The notes under the pieces: generated by a model
The model's database searches: none
What the model saw: the letters and a program-made list of their open reading frames with translations, nothing else
What the model was told of the DNA's origin: nothing
Shown here: in pieces, positions 25,108 through 28,663 of the stretch
Layout of the letters: every line of letters starts with the position of its first letter
How positions within the stretch are numbered: position 1 is the stretch's first letter
NCBI GenBank assembly: GCA_037441385.1
Contig: JBBISH010000087.1
Location: 1-28,663 of the forward strand
Origin: Myxococcales bacterium
GTDB lineage: Bacteria > Myxococcota_A > UBA9042
DNA length: 28,663 nucleotides
Reading direction: 5' to 3'
Program-made: the position numbers and the translations under genes

Positions 25108-25575
25108 ATGGCAAACGTCAATAAAGTCATCCTGATCGGCCGCCTGGGCAACCAGCCCGAGTTGCGGTACACGCCCGCCAACCGGGCGGTTACAGAGTTG
25201 CGCCTGGCCGTCAATCGCACCTGGACCGACAAGTCCGGCCAGCGCCAAGAGAAGACCGACTGGTTTTCCGTGGAAGTCTGGGACAAGAACGCCGAAAACT
25301 GCGAGCGCTACCTGGCCAAGGGCCGCGAAGTCTACGTCGAGGGCCGCCTGACCAACGATGAGTGGAACGACAAAGACGGCCAAAAGCGCATCAAGACCAA
25401 GATCGTGGCCGAAACCATTCAATTCATCGGTGGCCGCGGCGACGCGCCCGGCGAAGGTGGTGGTGGCGGCGGCGGCGGTTCGGCCCGGCCTGCGCCGCAA
25501 CGTTCGCAAGGGCCGGCGCCCGGCATGGGCGGTCCCGAAGACTTTGGGCCGCCGGAAGACGACATTCCGTTCTAG
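25108..25575 (+). CDS. ssb: Single-stranded DNA-binding protein
   Basis: VNKVILIGRLG, KGREVYVEGRL, Gly-rich tail and C-terminal DDIPF. Confidence 0.98.
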   Translation: MANVNKVILIGRLGNQPELRYTPANRAVTELRLAVNRTWTDKSGQRQEKTDWFSVEVWDKNAENCERYLAKGREVYVEGRLTNDEWNDKDGQKRIKTKIVAETIQFIGGRGDAPGEGGGGGGGGSARPAPQRSQGPAPGMGGPEDFGPPEDDIPF

Positions 25576-25637
25576 TCTAGCTAGGATAGCCAGCTCGTTT
25601 ACCTTGTGCTGCCGCCCACGCCGCACGGAGTTTGGTC

Positions 25638-25973
25638 ATGAGCGCAGCACCGGGTCGCTACTACGTCCGCTATACCTACCGTGTCGATCCTGACCGGCGG
25701 CCGCAGTTGATCGAGGCCTTGGCGGTGCTGCGCGACTACGCCGAATGGCTGGGCATGGTCAGCTTCGAGGTGTTTGCGGTTGAAGATGAGCCGTGGACTG
25801 TTGTGGAATTGCACGGTTACGACTCCTGGTCGCATCACCAGCGCTTGGCGCAGCGCGCCGCCCCGCCCGAAGTCGAGCGAGTCTACTCCCAACTGGACCT
25901 GCTCATCGACGGGGGCCTGAATGCCATGAGCCGCGAGGCCTGGTCGCAAATCGCTTTGCCAATCGAAGAGTAG
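25638..25973 (+). CDS. Small dimeric alpha/beta-barrel (ABM/NIPSNAP-like) protein
   Basis: GGAG RBS. YRVDPDRRPQLIEAL...FEVFAVEDEPWTVVELHGYDSWSHH fits the ABM-like pattern. Confidence 0.55.
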   Translation: MSAAPGRYYVRYTYRVDPDRRPQLIEALAVLRDYAEWLGMVSFEVFAVEDEPWTVVELHGYDSWSHHQRLAQRAAPPEVERVYSQLDLLIDGGLNAMSREAWSQIALPIEE

Positions 25974-26077
25974 TGCGACTGGCTGGCGCCGCCCGTGCCG
26001 CGTGGCTATGCTGACAACCGGCCGGCAGTGGCGCGGGCGGTGGACAGCGGGCGGAGCCGACTCCGTCCGGCTGGGCT

Positions 26078-28663
26078 ATGATGGCGGGCAACGTTGCAAT
26101 TCGATGGGGTATTGTGGCGCTGCTGCTGGGAGTCGCGGCCTGCGGTGACCCCTTTGCGGCCGACGGCGTCATGGTCGGCCCCGGCGCGGACGTCAACGGC
26201 CCCGGCGACATCGCGCCTGGCGACTTGGCCAGCGAAGGGCGCGACGGCGCGAGCGACCAGCACGATGCGCCGCATCTGCCCGACACAGCGACCGAGGTGG
26301 CACAGGACGGCGCGGCCCTTGAAGTGGCCGACGACGCTACGGCGGCGCAAGATGGGGTTGCGGTTCAAGACGTTGACGTAGAGGTCGATGTTGGCTCCGA
26401 TACTTCCGAACCGCTGGACACCGCCACGGACGTTGGCTGCAACTGCCCAGTGGGGCAAGTCTGCTTTGACACGGGCACCAACGCTGCCTCGATCTGCCTG
26501 CCCGACCCTGCGTTTGCCTGCGCACCCTGCTTGACCGATGCCACCTGTCTGGGCGGTCAGTGCCAAGCCGTGGGCGACGGCAAGTATTGCCGGATCCCCT
26601 GCGCCCTGGGCGCGCAAGGTAGCAGCTGTCCTGGTGGTTTTGCCTGTGTGGCCAATGCCGGCGGCCAGCTGGGTTGCGAACCGCTGAGCGGCAGTTGCAG
26701 CTGCGGGCCGCAAAACCTTGGCTTGGTGGTGGCTTGCGGCACAGTCGGCGTTTGCGCCGGTAGCAGCACCTGCACCGCCTCCGGCTGGTCCGCCTGCAGC
26801 GCGGGCACGGCGACGGGCGAAGCGTGCAATGGTCAGGACGACGACTGCGACGGCCAAACGGACGAAGACTTGGCCGGCAAGCCCTGCGGCCTGGCCGCCG
26901 ATCCATGGTGCCAGGGCCAGACCACCTGCAACCCGGCGCAAGGCCTGGGTTGTACCGCCACGCCCAGCGGCGCCGAGGTCTGCAACGGCCACGATGACAA
27001 CTGCAACGGCGCCACCGACGAAGAGCTGAGCCAGGTGGGAAGCCTGTGCTCGCTCAGCACCTCGGCCGGGACGTGCGTGGGCGCGTGGCAGTGCGGCGGC
27101 GCCGTGGGCTTGTACTGCCAGGCCAGCCAAGCGGCAGCCGAGATCTGCAACCAGCAAGACGACAACTGCGACGGCCTGACCGACGAACCGTTCCAGATCG
27201 CCGGGGTCTACGGCACGCTGCAACATTGTGGAACATGCGGCAATGCTTGCCCTTTGCCAACGGGCGCCCACGCCAGCGCGCTGTGCAGCGGCACAGGCCC
27301 GACGCCTTGCAGCATCGCCTGCGACCCGCCCTACGTGGACATGGATGGCAGCGTAGCCAACGGCTGCGAGTGCCCGTTCGTGGCGGAGTGGGACGAACCC
27401 GACGGCGTTGACCAGAACTGCGACGGCATCGACGGCGACGTCGCACTGGGCGTGTTCGTGGCCAAGACCGGCGCAGACAGCAACCCCGGCACCCTGCAAC
27501 TCCCCGTCGCATCTGTGCAAGTGGCCGTGCAGCTGGCGGCGGCCAAGGGCAAGCGCGACGTCTACGTCGCTGGCGGCGTCTACAGCGGCAGCGTTGAACT
27601 GCAAGCGGGCATCTCGGTCTACGGTGGCTACGGGCCCGGCTTTGCGGTGCGCGACACGGTGCAATACCAGACGGCCCTGGCCGCGGTCGCTCCGGACAAT
27701 GGCCCCAGCTGGGTGGTGCGCTGCCAGGGCATTGGCGGCCCAGGTCAGCCCACTCGCGTCAGCGGCTTGACGCTGCTGGGGGCCAACGCCAAGGCCGCCG
27801 GGCAGTCCAGCTACGGTCTGCTGTCGATCGCTTGCGACACGCGGCTGCAGGTCGAGTGGTGCGCAATCAGCGCGGGCGACGGGGCACCCGGCCAGGCCGG
27901 CGGTGGCGGGCAAAATGGCGAGCCGGGGCCCGAAGGTTTGCCCGGTCTGCCGGCCAAAGACATCGGCAAAGACGCCTGCAGCAGCGCCGACCACAACGGT
28001 GGCGGTCAAGGCGGCAAGCTGGTCTGCGGCGCCTTCGAGACCAATGGCGGCCAGGGCGGCAGCGCGATCTGCCCGCAAATGGACGAAGACAGCCCCGCCC
28101 CGCTGTGCCCCAGCAAGCCGTACCTGCAGACCGTCAAGAACGCCGAGCGCGGCCAAGGCGGCTCGAACGCGGGCGGTGGCGTGGGCGGCGAGCCAGGGGC
28201 CGACAGCTACATCGACTCGAACAAGGGCGTCGTCACCAAGTGCAACAACCCAACTGCGGGCTGCAACTTGTGTTTCGTGCCCGTCAAACCGCGCGACGGC
28301 GAAGACGGCCAAGCCGGCCTAGTGGGTGCCAGCGGAGTCGGCGGTGCGGGCGGCAGCTCCCAAAGTGCCGGCAGCGTGGTCGACGGCGTCTGGCAGTCCG
28401 CCTGGGCCGGCACCGGTGCGGACGGAATCCCGGGCAGCGGCGGTGGCGGCGGCGGTGCAGCCGGCGGGGTCGAGGTCCACGACTGTGCGCAAAGCTCAAG
28501 TCTTTTTAGCGACATAGGTGGATCTGGCGGCGGGGGCGGCGCGGGCGGTTGCGGCGGCACCGGCGGTCTGGGCGGCCAGGCCGGCGGCGGTTCGTTCGCC
28601 GTCCTCCTGGTCGCCAGCGCGGCCGGCGGGGTCCCGGGCTTCTATGGCAACGTCCTGAACTCG
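26078..28663 (+). CDS. Large Cys/Gly-rich surface lipoprotein with MopE-like metal-binding repeats, Stig1-like motif and beta-helix/PGRS-like region (partial)
   Basis: Not in the ORF track (no stop); the frame is open for 862 codons to the window end. MMAGNVAIRWGIVALLLGVAA-C lipobox, acidic linker, three ExCNxxDDxCxGxTDE repeats, HCGTCGNAC, VFVAKTGADSNPGT...VYVAGGVY...VYGGY, then GGxGG tracts. Confidence 0.88.
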   Translation, partial: MMAGNVAIRWGIVALLLGVAACGDPFAADGVMVGPGADVNGPGDIAPGDLASEGRDGASDQHDAPHLPDTATEVAQDGAALEVADDATAAQDGVAVQDVDVEVDVGSDTSEPLDTATDVGCNCPVGQVCFDTGTNAASICLPDPAFACAPCLTDATCLGGQCQAVGDGKYCRIPCALGAQGSSCPGGFACVANAGGQLGCEPLSGSCSCGPQNLGLVVACGTVGVCAGSSTCTASGWSACSAGTATGEACNGQDDDCDGQTDEDLAGKPCGLAADPWCQGQTTCNPAQGLGCTATPSGAEVCNGHDDNCNGATDEELSQVGSLCSLSTSAGTCVGAWQCGGAVGLYCQASQAAAEICNQQDDNCDGLTDEPFQIAGVYGTLQHCGTCGNACPLPTGAHASALCSGTGPTPCSIACDPPYVDMDGSVANGCECPFVAEWDEPDGVDQNCDGIDGDVALGVFVAKTGADSNPGTLQLPVASVQVAVQLAAAKGKRDVYVAGGVYSGSVELQAGISVYGGYGPGFAVRDTVQYQTALAAVAPDNGPSWVVRCQGIGGPGQPTRVSGLTLLGANAKAAGQSSYGLLSIACDTRLQVEWCAISAGDGAPGQAGGGGQNGEPGPEGLPGLPAKDIGKDACSSADHNGGGQGGKLVCGAFETNGGQGGSAICPQMDEDSPAPLCPSKPYLQTVKNAERGQGGSNAGGGVGGEPGADSYIDSNKGVVTKCNNPTAGCNLCFVPVKPRDGEDGQAGLVGASGVGGAGGSSQSAGSVVDGVWQSAWAGTGADGIPGSGGGGGGAAGGVEVHDCAQSSSLFSDIGGSGGGGGAGGCGGTGGLGGQAGGGSFAVLLVASAAGGVPGFYGNVLNS

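Overview
GC-rich bacterial chromosome segment whose gene content suggests Myxococcota/deltaproteobacteria (inferred from CGDGxC repeats, MopE-like repeats, an FHA protein and phoH-7TM/HD-ybeY). Left: partial FHA/proline-rich gene (-), dnaK and a zinc-finger-less dnaJ, a secreted glucodextranase DOMON-like protein, and a membrane-anchored Cys-repeat protein with a degenerate OmpA-like end. Centre (about 6.2-18.6 kb): two convergent operons whose last stop codons abut. The first is creB-creC-creD with a four-unit cre-tag. The second is a five-gene minus-strand operon: three multiheme c-type cytochromes (23, 13 and 20 heme motifs, the last a lipoprotein), a probable outer-membrane beta-barrel, and a fused di-heme-b membrane/ferredoxin/FAD-NAD(P)H oxidoreductase. 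Together these look like a self-contained cytoplasm-to-surface electron conduit. This central block is bracketed by two 111-bp, 80%-identical non-coding copies in inverted orientation, each upstream of one operon. Right: a membrane protein of unknown function, tRNA-Gly(CCC), a DsbD-N-like lipoprotein, ybeY, a 7TM-HD hydrolase, phoH, ssb, a small alpha/beta-barrel protein, and a large partial Cys/Gly-rich lipoprotein. All calls come from reading motifs by eye; no database searches were run.
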